This document shows, piece by piece, positions 26,313 to 34,573 of a stretch of DNA of 64,000 bases (position 1 is its first letter; each line of letters opens with the position of its first letter). The notes beneath the pieces are model-generated. The model saw only the letters and a list, made by a program, of their open reading frames with translations. It did not search any database and was not told where the DNA came from. The translations under genes were made by a program, and so were the position numbers. The stretch is from a virus. The stretch lies in IMG/VR virus record IMGVR_UViG_3300044858_003398; one strand, given 5' to 3'.

Positions 26313-29095
26313 TTGGGTCTGAGGCTTCTTATCTGAATACTGGGTATGCTTCTTACGGTCGTGAGCTTATCAGGCGGCTTATAGCCACCGGCAAATATGA
26401 AGTAGCCGAGATCTCCTGCTACGGATCTGCCGATGACGAAAGACGTAAAGAGATCCCTTGGAAGAATTATCCAATGGCTCCGTCTAAGACAGATTCAGAC
26501 GAGGTAAAGAAAATCTATGCGTCAAATCCAGCCAACCAATTCGGGGCATGGAGATTCGAGAGGGCCTGCCTAGATTTTAAGCCAGACTGCCTTATAATGC
26601 AGAAGGACCCTTGGATGGATTCTTGGGTGAAGCATTCGCCCTTTAGACCATTCTTCTCTTGGTCTTGGGCTAGTACGGTGGACTCAGCCCCTCAAAATCC
26701 AGAGTGGATTAATCAGTTTGCCGATGCTGACTATTTCTACACCCTATCAGAGTGGGCGGAAGGGGTCATCAAGGAGCAAGCTGGTGATTCGGTGAATCTG
26801 ATAGGCTCTGTCACGATGTGTGCCGCCGACGAGTTCAAGCCCGTCCCCAACAAGGCCGCTCACAGGCTCTCCATGGGCCTAGATCCCGATTGGAAGATTA
26901 TTGGGACGGTTATGCGAAATCAAAGACGAAAGCTCTTCCCTGACCTCCTAGAGGCCTTCGCTTTTTATCTGGCCACTACCGGAGATGAAAAGACTTATCT
27001 CTATTGTCATACGTCATACCCCGACAACGGGTGGGACCTGCCCCAATTAATGATGAAGTATGGGATTTCATCTCGGGTCCTATTTAGCTATGCCTGCGAA
27101 GAATGTGGCAAATTGTCAATCAGCAAATTTAGTGATACGATCAAGCAATGTAAAAATTGTAAGAAGTATGCAGCAAAGCTATCTAGTGTAAGTAATGGTG
27201 CTACGACCGCTGAGTTGGCTAAGATTTATAATCTGTTTGATGTGTATACTCAATACTCTAACTGTTTGACTCCGGGTCAAGAGATTTGTACGTCAACAGG
27301 ATGGAAGAATACTGAGGATATTCAGATCGGAGAGTCTGTTCTGACCCATAAAAACAGATGGAGGCCAGTAGTAAGAACGTTTAAGCACGAACATGCGGGT
27401 GATGTACTAACGTTCACTACTCATTCTGATGACGAGTCACTCACAGTTACGGGCGAGCATCCACTATATGTATTGTCTGCCAAAAATTACAAATTTGGCC
27501 AGAGTAGAAGTTTTAAAAAGAGACTGAGTGACATTATCAGGCTCGGAGGCAAGATAGAACCAACTTTTGAATTAGCTAGGGACATTAAGGCTGGCGACTT
27601 TGTCGCTTATGCCATCGATCAAGAAGAATTTGATCATACTATTGATCTACAGCCTTGGAATAATAGCCAATATGTAATCGAGGGAGATACATATCGACAC
27701 AAAAATTCTTCTGTAGCTCACAAATTGAAATATGTAGTAGACGCAGATTTGGCTAAATGGATTGGACTATATGTAGCCGATGGTTGCTCTATGACTACAG
27801 ATAGCTGCGGATCTGTGACTGTAACATGTCACGAGAAGGATAAGGCCAATATAGAATTATGCGAAAAGGTCATGGCAAGATTCGGGAATGTGTCAGTACA
27901 GCCATATCCTGAGAAACATGCTGTAGCAGTACAAATACACAACAAGGTATTTGCGACGTATTTGCTAGACCATTGTGGTAAGCACGAGTACAAAAAACTA
28001 CCAGAATGGGCAAGTAAGCTACCTTTACCTCTGCAGAAAGAGATATTGTCTGGTTTGTTTATGGGGGATGGATGTTACTATGAGAAGAGAAAGACATCAT
28101 CGTATGCTACTATTTCAATATCCCTATCCCGGCAGATTAAACATTTGTGCCGAAGATTACGTATCAACTATAATGTTAGCTCTATTCAAAAAGTTGGAAA
28201 TAGAAAGCTGCAATATCGTTTTGAGATTTCTGGAGATGTCTCTATAGGAGCCTACAAAACTACTAAGACTTCAAGCAGGGGATTCTATCATGGTGGGTAT
28301 GCCTTCTATCAGATTAAAGATGTATCTACTAAAGAATATACTGGTTTTGTCTACAATTTAGAGGTAGAAGAAGACAATTCATATACTGGTAGGATGGGTA
28401 CTATACACAACTCGGAGGGAATGGGCTTAGGCCAAATAGAAGCCGCCGCATGTGGGATTCCAGTTATGTCTACTGACTATTCCGCAATGGAATCCATCGT
28501 CCGTAAAGTTGGAGGATTCCCGATTCCGCTCAGGGCAAAAGTCCTAGAGCTTGAAACCGGATGCTATAGGGCCATTCCCGAGATTGACGATGTTGTTTCC
28601 TACTGGAAGATGTTTTTCTCTTTACCGGAGAGTGATAGGGCGGCGATATCTGAGAAGACTTTGTCTGAGTACTCTCGCAACTTCAACTGGGACGATGTTG
28701 TAGCCAAGTGGATGATCTCCTTAGACCAGTCTCCGAAGGCGACTTGGGATAAGCCACTAAGACAAATCAAGATGCCCGATGACAAGATTCCCAATTTTAC
28801 CAATAATAAGGATTTTCTTGATTGGGCCATCTCTGCTTATTTGCCCCACTCTAATCTGACTAATTCGTATGAGGCCAACTGCCTACTTAGGGACCTGAAT
28901 TTCAGATCATACAAGCCGAATCCGTGTGGCTTCTTCTATGCTGAAAGCTCCTACTTCAATAGGGTCCCGTTTGTCGATTTTGGCAAGGAGCATGTGATTA
29001 ATATGTTTAAGGCCAAGGCCGAAACATTCAATTTCTGGGAAAATGTAAGATGTGGAAAAAGAAAGCTCCAGACGGAGGATTGGCTCAATGATTAG
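26294..29095 (+). CDS. GT-B (GT4-like) glycosyltransferase with zinc-ribbon insertion, intein-containing
   Basis: TGYASYGREL, VMRNQRRK, CEEC/CKNC, spliced YSN/SEGMGLGQIEAAACGIPV (E-X7-E). Confidence 0.85.
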   Translation: MLKRVLVGSEASYLNTGYASYGRELIRRLIATGKYEVAEISCYGSADDERRKEIPWKNYPMAPSKTDSDEVKKIYASNPANQFGAWRFERACLDFKPDCLIMQKDPWMDSWVKHSPFRPFFSWSWASTVDSAPQNPEWINQFADADYFYTLSEWAEGVIKEQAGDSVNLIGSVTMCAADEFKPVPNKAAHRLSMGLDPDWKIIGTVMRNQRRKLFPDLLEAFAFYLATTGDEKTYLYCHTSYPDNGWDLPQLMMKYGISSRVLFSYACEECGKLSISKFSDTIKQCKNCKKYAAKLSSVSNGATTAELAKIYNLFDVYTQYSNCLTPGQEICTSTGWKNTEDIQIGESVLTHKNRWRPVVRTFKHEHAGDVLTFTTHSDDESLTVTGEHPLYVLSAKNYKFGQSRSFKKRLSDIIRLGGKIEPTFELARDIKAGDFVAYAIDQEEFDHTIDLQPWNNSQYVIEGDTYRHKNSSVAHKLKYVVDADLAKWIGLYVADGCSMTTDSCGSVTVTCHEKDKANIELCEKVMARFGNVSVQPYPEKHAVAVQIHNKVFATYLLDHCGKHEYKKLPEWASKLPLPLQKEILSGLFMGDGCYYEKRKTSSYATISISLSRQIKHLCRRLRINYNVSSIQKVGNRKLQYRFEISGDVSIGAYKTTKTSSRGFYHGGYAFYQIKDVSTKEYTGFVYNLEVEEDNSYTGRMGTIHNSEGMGLGQIEAAACGIPVMSTDYSAMESIVRKVGGFPIPLRAKVLELETGCYRAIPEIDDVVSYWKMFFSLPESDRAAISEKTLSEYSRNFNWDDVVAKWMISLDQSPKATWDKPLRQIKMPDDKIPNFTNNKDFLDWAISAYLPHSNLTNSYEANCLLRDLNFRSYKPNPCGFFYAESSYFNRVPFVDFGKEHVINMFKAKAETFNFWENVRCGKRKLQTEDWLND
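27263..28411 (+). mobile_element. intein (383 aa) with LAGLIDADG homing endonuclease
   Basis: Block A CLTPGQEI, block B TGEHP, IGLYVADG and LSGLFMGDG, block F VYNLEV, terminal HN followed by Ser+1. Confidence 0.93.
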
Positions 29096-29792
29096 TACAA
29101 CTTGTAGAGACTGCGTGTTTAAAGAAATGCATGGTAAGGTTCAGACTGGATGTAGCCTGAATATTCTAGATAGGTTCAAGGACGCCGGAGAAGAACTGTC
29201 GAGATATCAGGATGAGGATTTTACCTTCTACAAGGTGGATCGCCTCTGTATGTGGCGAAGGTCTGAACCGACTGAAGATATCGAAAATGACGTCTATATC
29301 AAATCTAACATTGTGGTAATGCATGATGAAGGTGACGATCTTGATCAAACCCTCGAAGATATCTATAATCTTGACACTCCCAAGCCCCCGAGGGTTATAG
29401 TATGTCATACGACCAAAAATCTGCTTGAGATTTATAACAAATGGTCGAAGAAATTCGGCCCACAAAGATTCTCATGTATCATGTTGGTTGAATCTCTATA
29501 TGATGGCTCTGGGTGTGATGAGGCATTCAAAAGGTCTAAGAATGGATGGCTATTCTTCATCAAATCTGGAGACAGAGTAGATAGGGACATGCTTAATGCC
29601 TTGAACTACTCCGTCAATTACAAGATGAGCAAACATCTAGCTACAACCGGAATCATTAGCTATATGGCGGTTGCATATAAGTTACTCAAAGGACAAATGG
29701 GAAATATCCACGAGACATTGCTCGAAATAAATGGTGCTACAAAAGACTGGAAGGAAATAGATGAAGATTACAGGCTACACATTTCGGGATAA
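29088..29792 (+). CDS. Cys-rich N-terminus plus degenerate GT-A (GT2-like) domain
   Basis: IVVMHD...LEDI...RVIVC...AFKRSKNGWLFFIKSGD resembles GT2 without an intact DxD. Confidence 0.45.
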   Translation: MISTTCRDCVFKEMHGKVQTGCSLNILDRFKDAGEELSRYQDEDFTFYKVDRLCMWRRSEPTEDIENDVYIKSNIVVMHDEGDDLDQTLEDIYNLDTPKPPRVIVCHTTKNLLEIYNKWSKKFGPQRFSCIMLVESLYDGSGCDEAFKRSKNGWLFFIKSGDRVDRDMLNALNYSVNYKMSKHLATTGIISYMAVAYKLLKGQMGNIHETLLEINGATKDWKEIDEDYRLHISG

Positions 29793-30129
29793 TCCGCCAA
29801 AAACTAGTCCATTTGTTGATGAAGTAGTCACTATCAAGGACTACAGCGAGCTAAAGTCTGACTATGCTATAGACATAACCCTTGGTAGATTAACTGAGGA
29901 CCCAAGACCTTGGCTCAAAGATGGAGCTGCGTATTATGGCGACTATTTTGATCAGCACGGTACTTATTCTCTACATAGTATGTTCCCATCTATAAGGACG
30001 ACATATCCCGGAATGCTATATAAGGTATCCCTGTTGGAAGAATGCAAAACTAAAAACCCACTGGAGGAGATCTGCAAGAATAATGTCATTTCCTATATTC
30101 CTCGCCCAATTTTTGAGATTGTAGTATGA
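29761..30129 (+). CDS. hypothetical protein in glycosylation cluster
   Basis: ORF with AAGGA RBS. Confidence 0.5.
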   Translation: MKITGYTFRDNPPKTSPFVDEVVTIKDYSELKSDYAIDITLGRLTEDPRPWLKDGAAYYGDYFDQHGTYSLHSMFPSIRTTYPGMLYKVSLLEECKTKNPLEEICKNNVISYIPRPIFEIVV

Positions 30130-30773
30130 GCACATATATATTGCTTTCTGCTGGGGCGGGAAGGTCGATGCAGACTAGAGGGGCAAAGGCCCTATTGGAG
30201 TATAATGGCCTGACGGTTTTAGACCATCAGGTCAAAACCATACAGAAGTTCGACAAGAAAGCAGATATACTAGTTGTGACAGGAGTAGGTCATGAGAAGA
30301 TCGTCAAACACGTCGGTAAAAAGGAATATGACATCCGGGTTCTGCTTAACTATAATTACAAGCTGACTAGCCAAACCGAGAGTCTCAGACTGGCCCTAAA
30401 TGCAATAAGGCATGACGCAGTCTATATTATACACGGCGATATGATCTTTAATGAAGCGAGTCTATGTTGCTCAAGTAAGTCTTCTTTAGTTCTTTCATCC
30501 AATGATGACAAGAAGAGTGTTGGGGTTGCCTATTGTGATGGGGCAGTTATTCATCTCTCTTATGGTTTACCCGAAAAATGGGGCCAAATAGCCTATATCT
30601 GCAAAAAGGACTTCCGAGCGGCCAAAATGGTCATCAACTCATTCAGAAACAACAAGATGACATTTGAGTATATCAACATGCTCTTAAAAGAGATTAGCAT
30701 GTCTATCGTTTATGATGGTGTCAAAACAGTAGAGATAAATAAAGACTATGAAAACACTAGTGATAACATCTAG
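30126..30773 (+). CDS. sugar/alcohol-phosphate nucleotidyltransferase (LicC/MobA-like NTP transferase)
   Basis: ILLSAGAGRSM...KALL, VVTG, SLRLA, IIHGD, EIN. Confidence 0.8.
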   Translation: MSTYILLSAGAGRSMQTRGAKALLEYNGLTVLDHQVKTIQKFDKKADILVVTGVGHEKIVKHVGKKEYDIRVLLNYNYKLTSQTESLRLALNAIRHDAVYIIHGDMIFNEASLCCSSKSSLVLSSNDDKKSVGVAYCDGAVIHLSYGLPEKWGQIAYICKKDFRAAKMVINSFRNNKMTFEYINMLLKEISMSIVYDGVKTVEINKDYENTSDNI

Positions 30774-31437
30774 GAATGACTTCAGAATTCACTCCTTAAT
30801 GGCTCCGCTTAAGAGCCTAATGGAGGTTGGATTCCTCGTGAAGTATGATCCACAGTCTGTTGCCGACTTTGGTGCCGATCTCATTTTTACCGATGAGCCC
30901 CAAAAGAGCCCTGATGGTTATGACCTAACCAAGGTCGCCTCACTCAAACCATTCATAAATCTTCTATCCTATACCGAGCCCCATATTTTGGACAAGTATG
31001 AATCAGATGTTTCTTATATCGGCCCAATATCAGATCTGGATTCATCTCTGTTGGACCTATACAGGCTCGGCTATAATGTGAGGAATTTCTTTGGGTCACC
31101 TTCTCTTTTACCGTGCTATTCTGGCTCTGTCAATATTGGTGAGTGCTGGTCGATCTATAAAACGGCCAAAGTTTCTCCGGTCCCTAAGTCAGACATAGGT
31201 TATCGCGAACTCGACATTATTGCCGCAGACGGCAACCCCCTAAAATTCTCCACAAAAGAAGATTTCTTATCAGAGACGATCAAGGGGATCAATGGCAAAA
31301 AATTTAAGCATATTATGTCCAAGACCAGCATTTTTGCTGGTCACACAAATTTCGACAGGCTGTCCCAGATCGTTAGTGGTTTAGGTTTCTCTGCTGTGGC
31401 CAAAAAGATACTAGAGGACAAAAAATGCTTGGTATAA
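30748..31437 (+). CDS. divergent GT-B (CgeB-like) glycosyltransferase domain protein
   Basis: YESDVSYIG, RELDIIAADG, HTNFDRL pattern. Confidence 0.45.
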   Translation: MKTLVITSRNDFRIHSLMAPLKSLMEVGFLVKYDPQSVADFGADLIFTDEPQKSPDGYDLTKVASLKPFINLLSYTEPHILDKYESDVSYIGPISDLDSSLLDLYRLGYNVRNFFGSPSLLPCYSGSVNIGECWSIYKTAKVSPVPKSDIGYRELDIIAADGNPLKFSTKEDFLSETIKGINGKKFKHIMSKTSIFAGHTNFDRLSQIVSGLGFSAVAKKILEDKKCLV

Positions 31438-31862
31438 TTGTGGCCGATACTAACTTCTCAGAACGATCCATAATAGTGTTCGAAGAGTTGAACAAGAAGG
31501 CTAGAGGACTAGGCGAAGCCTCTCTCTTCTATGTGAACTTGAGTTCTCAAGTACTTCCAGCCGATTTCTCCATCATGAATATTACTGAGATCGCCAATGC
31601 ATATGGGTGGACTCTCGTGGCGACTTGCCCGATGTCAGCCGATATACTTAAAATGGCCACTGTAAAAGCCAAAAAAGCGTATTATATGATGGATCTGGCC
31701 TTTTTGATGAAGCCGTATGACTTCTCAAAGATGTACGAGACGCTCTCTAAGCTGAAGCTTATCGTAAGGTCTGAGCACCACCAAAGGTTCATCAAGAACC
31801 TATTTAATCTTGACTCTATTGTTTTACCGTTTGAGTTGGACAAGATATGCAATACGCCATAG
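31425..31862 (+). CDS. hypothetical protein, possible GT-B N-terminal Rossmann half
   Basis: LVAT...KKAYYMMDL...LIVRSE pattern; cluster context. Confidence 0.4.
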   Translation: MLGIIVADTNFSERSIIVFEELNKKARGLGEASLFYVNLSSQVLPADFSIMNITEIANAYGWTLVATCPMSADILKMATVKAKKAYYMMDLAFLMKPYDFSKMYETLSKLKLIVRSEHHQRFIKNLFNLDSIVLPFELDKICNTP

Positions 31863-32653
31863 TTAATTCGGAGAAGCTTCGCTTCTCCTATCTGGATGAA
31901 AAGAAGTCTGTTCCCACCATCGCTGTTGAAATGGGCACCAATGAAACCAAGATTAGGCGAGCCCTAAAGTTCTTGGGGGTTCCAATCCGCTCTTATGCGG
32001 AGGCTCAGAGTGTAGCCATTTCTCAGGGGATCGCTAAGCACCCCACCAAGGGGAAAAAGCTCTCCAAGGAAACCATCAATAACATTTCAGCCCAAAGATC
32101 AAAAGCTTGGCTTGACTTGCCGGAAGATGAGAAGCAGAAGTTCCGCGACCTTAAAAAGGAGCAATGGAACAATATGACCGAGTCAGCTAAAGAGAATCTC
32201 AGATCCGCAGCCTACGCAGCGATCCGAGAATCAGCCGAAATTGGGTCTAAAACTGAGAGGTACGTTTCCGCCGCTCTTGAAGAAGAGGGCTATGGCGTAA
32301 TCATTCATGCCAGAAATCTCATACAAAGTCAGGCTCTTGAGGTTGACATGTTCATACCTGACCTTAAAACTGCTGTTGAGATTGACGGCCCGTCGCATTT
32401 CGAGCCGGTTTGGGGACCTGATCGGCTGAGAAAGCAGCAGTCTGCTGACACCGCTAAGCAGGGTTTGTTGATGAATAATGGGTATGCCCTGATAAGAGTA
32501 AAACAATTGGATAGGTCGATGAGTGTTAAAAGAATGAAGGATGTTTATGAGTTAATCCTGTCTGAACTTAGGAAGATTGAAGTTGAATTTCCTCCACTCG
32601 GCAAAAGGATGATCGAGTTGGAAATTAAAGATGGTGTTACTAGGAAGATTTAG
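31847..32653 (+). CDS. HTH/NUMOD-like DNA-binding domains plus Vsr/DUF559-like endonuclease (homing-endonuclease-like)
   Basis: SVPTIAVEMG..ETKIRRAL, KGKKLSKET, SKTE, VDMF, VEIDGPSHF. Confidence 0.7.
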   Translation: MQYAIVNSEKLRFSYLDEKKSVPTIAVEMGTNETKIRRALKFLGVPIRSYAEAQSVAISQGIAKHPTKGKKLSKETINNISAQRSKAWLDLPEDEKQKFRDLKKEQWNNMTESAKENLRSAAYAAIRESAEIGSKTERYVSAALEEEGYGVIIHARNLIQSQALEVDMFIPDLKTAVEIDGPSHFEPVWGPDRLRKQQSADTAKQGLLMNNGYALIRVKQLDRSMSVKRMKDVYELILSELRKIEVEFPPLGKRMIELEIKDGVTRKI

Positions 32654-32676
32654 GCTATAATAGATCGAGGAAACGA

Positions 32677-33339
32677 ATGAGCACTGAGGAAAAAACAATT
32701 CCGGATTATTTATCTCCAGAGTGGGACACCTATGCGATGTCTCAGTTTGCCCCAAATGAACTCCAAGAGGGGCATCCTAACGCTGCTGGACTTCGTAGGG
32801 TAGCAGAACTACTCCTAGGACCAATTCTCAAGAGTGGCCCAACTCAGGTATTTCCATCTGAGGGGAATGGCCCCACTAGAGCTACTGTCGTTTATTCTGT
32901 CACATTCTCGTGGAAAGCGGACGGTACTATCAGAGAATACTCTGAAGTGGCTGACGTTTGGCACGGGAACACCGATTCGCTCTTCTGCGGATATGCTGTA
33001 GCTACCGCCTCCACCCGAGCAGAGGGAAGAGCCCTCCGCAAGGCTTTAAAGCTTAAGAAGTGTTCCGCAGAAGAGCTGAGCAAAAATGATGTGGCCAAAA
33101 TTGTGGCCGAAGAAACTGTGGAGAAAGTCTCCAATGAACAAATTAGTTTCATTGACAGCAAGTGTAAGAAGCTTGATATCAATGTGGTCGCCTTTATTAA
33201 CTCTGGGGAGAAGCAATATCGCAGCATTTACGACGTGACGAGAGATACAGCAGCAAAGATGATCAAGAAGTTAACAGAGTTAACGAATGACAAGACCAAG
33301 ATTGATGAATCAATTAAGGTCTATACAGACTGGAGGTAG
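32677..33339 (+). CDS. putative single-strand annealing protein (Rad52-like)
   Basis: RATVVYSV...ATASTRAEGRALRKAL; C-terminal SNEQISFI helical domain. Confidence 0.5.
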   Translation: MSTEEKTIPDYLSPEWDTYAMSQFAPNELQEGHPNAAGLRRVAELLLGPILKSGPTQVFPSEGNGPTRATVVYSVTFSWKADGTIREYSEVADVWHGNTDSLFCGYAVATASTRAEGRALRKALKLKKCSAEELSKNDVAKIVAEETVEKVSNEQISFIDSKCKKLDINVVAFINSGEKQYRSIYDVTRDTAAKMIKKLTELTNDKTKIDESIKVYTDWR

Positions 33340-33379
33340 CTGTCGCTACCTTTCAATAACGACTTTATAAGGCGAAATC

Positions 33380-33982
33380 ATGAGCAGAACAGACGTGCCA
33401 ACATCAAACAGAATCAAATCCCCACTCAAGTACTACATTGAGTTCGGCGGTGCCGAAGGTATCTGGGCCTATTGGGATGGTGAAAAGAATGTGAGGGTTG
33501 ACGCCCTCGAATTTGTAGTTATGGATGTCCGATCTTCTATCGGTGGCTGGAGCGATGCGAATAACTGTCGTATCAATTCTAACATCGTTAAGGCTACAGG
33601 GAAGAATCCACTGACTGTCAGGGCTGGCAAGGTGGTCCTCGCTGAAGGGCTCTACGCTGACATTAAGAATGACGTAGTGGCGGCAGGAGGTAAGTTCGTT
33701 ACCAATATTTTTGCTATGGCCAAGATTGATGGTGATTGGACCCCAGTAGACATTCAGCTTTCAGGGGCGTGCCTGCGAGACTGGTCAGCCTTCGTTGAGG
33801 CTAGCGGAAGCATCTTCAAGGTATACGAGATGGTCGTTTCTGCGACTCGTGGCGAAGCCCAGAAGAAGGGGGCAGTCAAGTACTTCACTCCTACTTTTAC
33901 TGCTGGGGCCTTGGGTACTGAAGTGGCCGCAGCAGCAGATGAATTCTGTAGAGATAAGCTGATTCCGTACTTGAATCAGTAA
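33380..33982 (+). CDS. putative single-stranded DNA-binding protein
   Basis: Beta-rich and aromatic, KKGAVKYFTPTF; follows the SSAP-like gene. Confidence 0.45.
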   Translation: MSRTDVPTSNRIKSPLKYYIEFGGAEGIWAYWDGEKNVRVDALEFVVMDVRSSIGGWSDANNCRINSNIVKATGKNPLTVRAGKVVLAEGLYADIKNDVVAAGGKFVTNIFAMAKIDGDWTPVDIQLSGACLRDWSAFVEASGSIFKVYEMVVSATRGEAQKKGAVKYFTPTFTAGALGTEVAAAADEFCRDKLIPYLNQ

Positions 33983-34007
33983 GAAGCATCTGCTGAATCG
34001 AAATAGA

Positions 34008-34037
34008 AGAGGTTGGGTTTTCCCAGCCTCTTTTTTT
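34008..34037. terminator. intrinsic terminator at the convergence of the two arms (probably bidirectional)
   Basis: AGAGGTTGGG-TTTT-CCCAGCCTCT followed by a T-run; A-rich on the other side. Confidence 0.8.
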
Positions 34038-34572
34038 ATCCACATCCACATCCGCCAGATTTGCCTACCACTACTTCCTTTGGCATAGTCTGTTTTTTAG
34101 GAATGACCGAATCTCTTTTACTGGTGGTCTTTTCGACTTTCCATGCTTCGATAGCTTTTGAGATATCTGATCTCAGCCTAAGCCTAATTACTGGGTCTCC
34201 AATCGCTGGGAACATAGTGGCCCAAGGCATATTCTCCTTAACCCACATTTTAGCTCTTGGGAACATGTCTTCGACTATATGGTCAATCCTAGAAGAGCAG
34301 CTATCTCCCCAAATATTCATTTGCCTAGCTAATTTAAAACAGTCCTGACATGGTGGCATGCCTTGAGCCGAGTAGATATTTAGAAGCTCAGATCCCGGAC
34401 CGTAGCCTATATTGTCGTAGTCTAAAATTACCTCTGGTGGAAGCTCATTAAATAATGGAGACAGACCAAAATTAATCCGGTATTTGTCTATTTTCCATTT
34501 GGGTAGATCCGCAGCCCCCGTGCAAATGTTATACAAATGTTGACTATGTCTAAACTTTTCGCACTCTTGCAT
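34036..34572 (-). CDS. Cys-rich hypothetical protein at the end of the tail operon
   Basis: GPGSELL...CQDC...ARQMNIWG..C; C-terminal GCGCG. Confidence 0.6.
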   Translation of the reverse strand: MQECEKFRHSQHLYNICTGAADLPKWKIDKYRINFGLSPLFNELPPEVILDYDNIGYGPGSELLNIYSAQGMPPCQDCFKLARQMNIWGDSCSSRIDHIVEDMFPRAKMWVKENMPWATMFPAIGDPVIRLRLRSDISKAIEAWKVEKTTSKRDSVIPKKQTMPKEVVVGKSGGCGCG

Positions 34573-34573
34573 C

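Noticed and set aside
32656-32661. TATAAT upstream of the SSAP-like gene as a sigma70 promoter
   Set aside because: No recognisable -35 or extended -10; insufficient evidence by itself.
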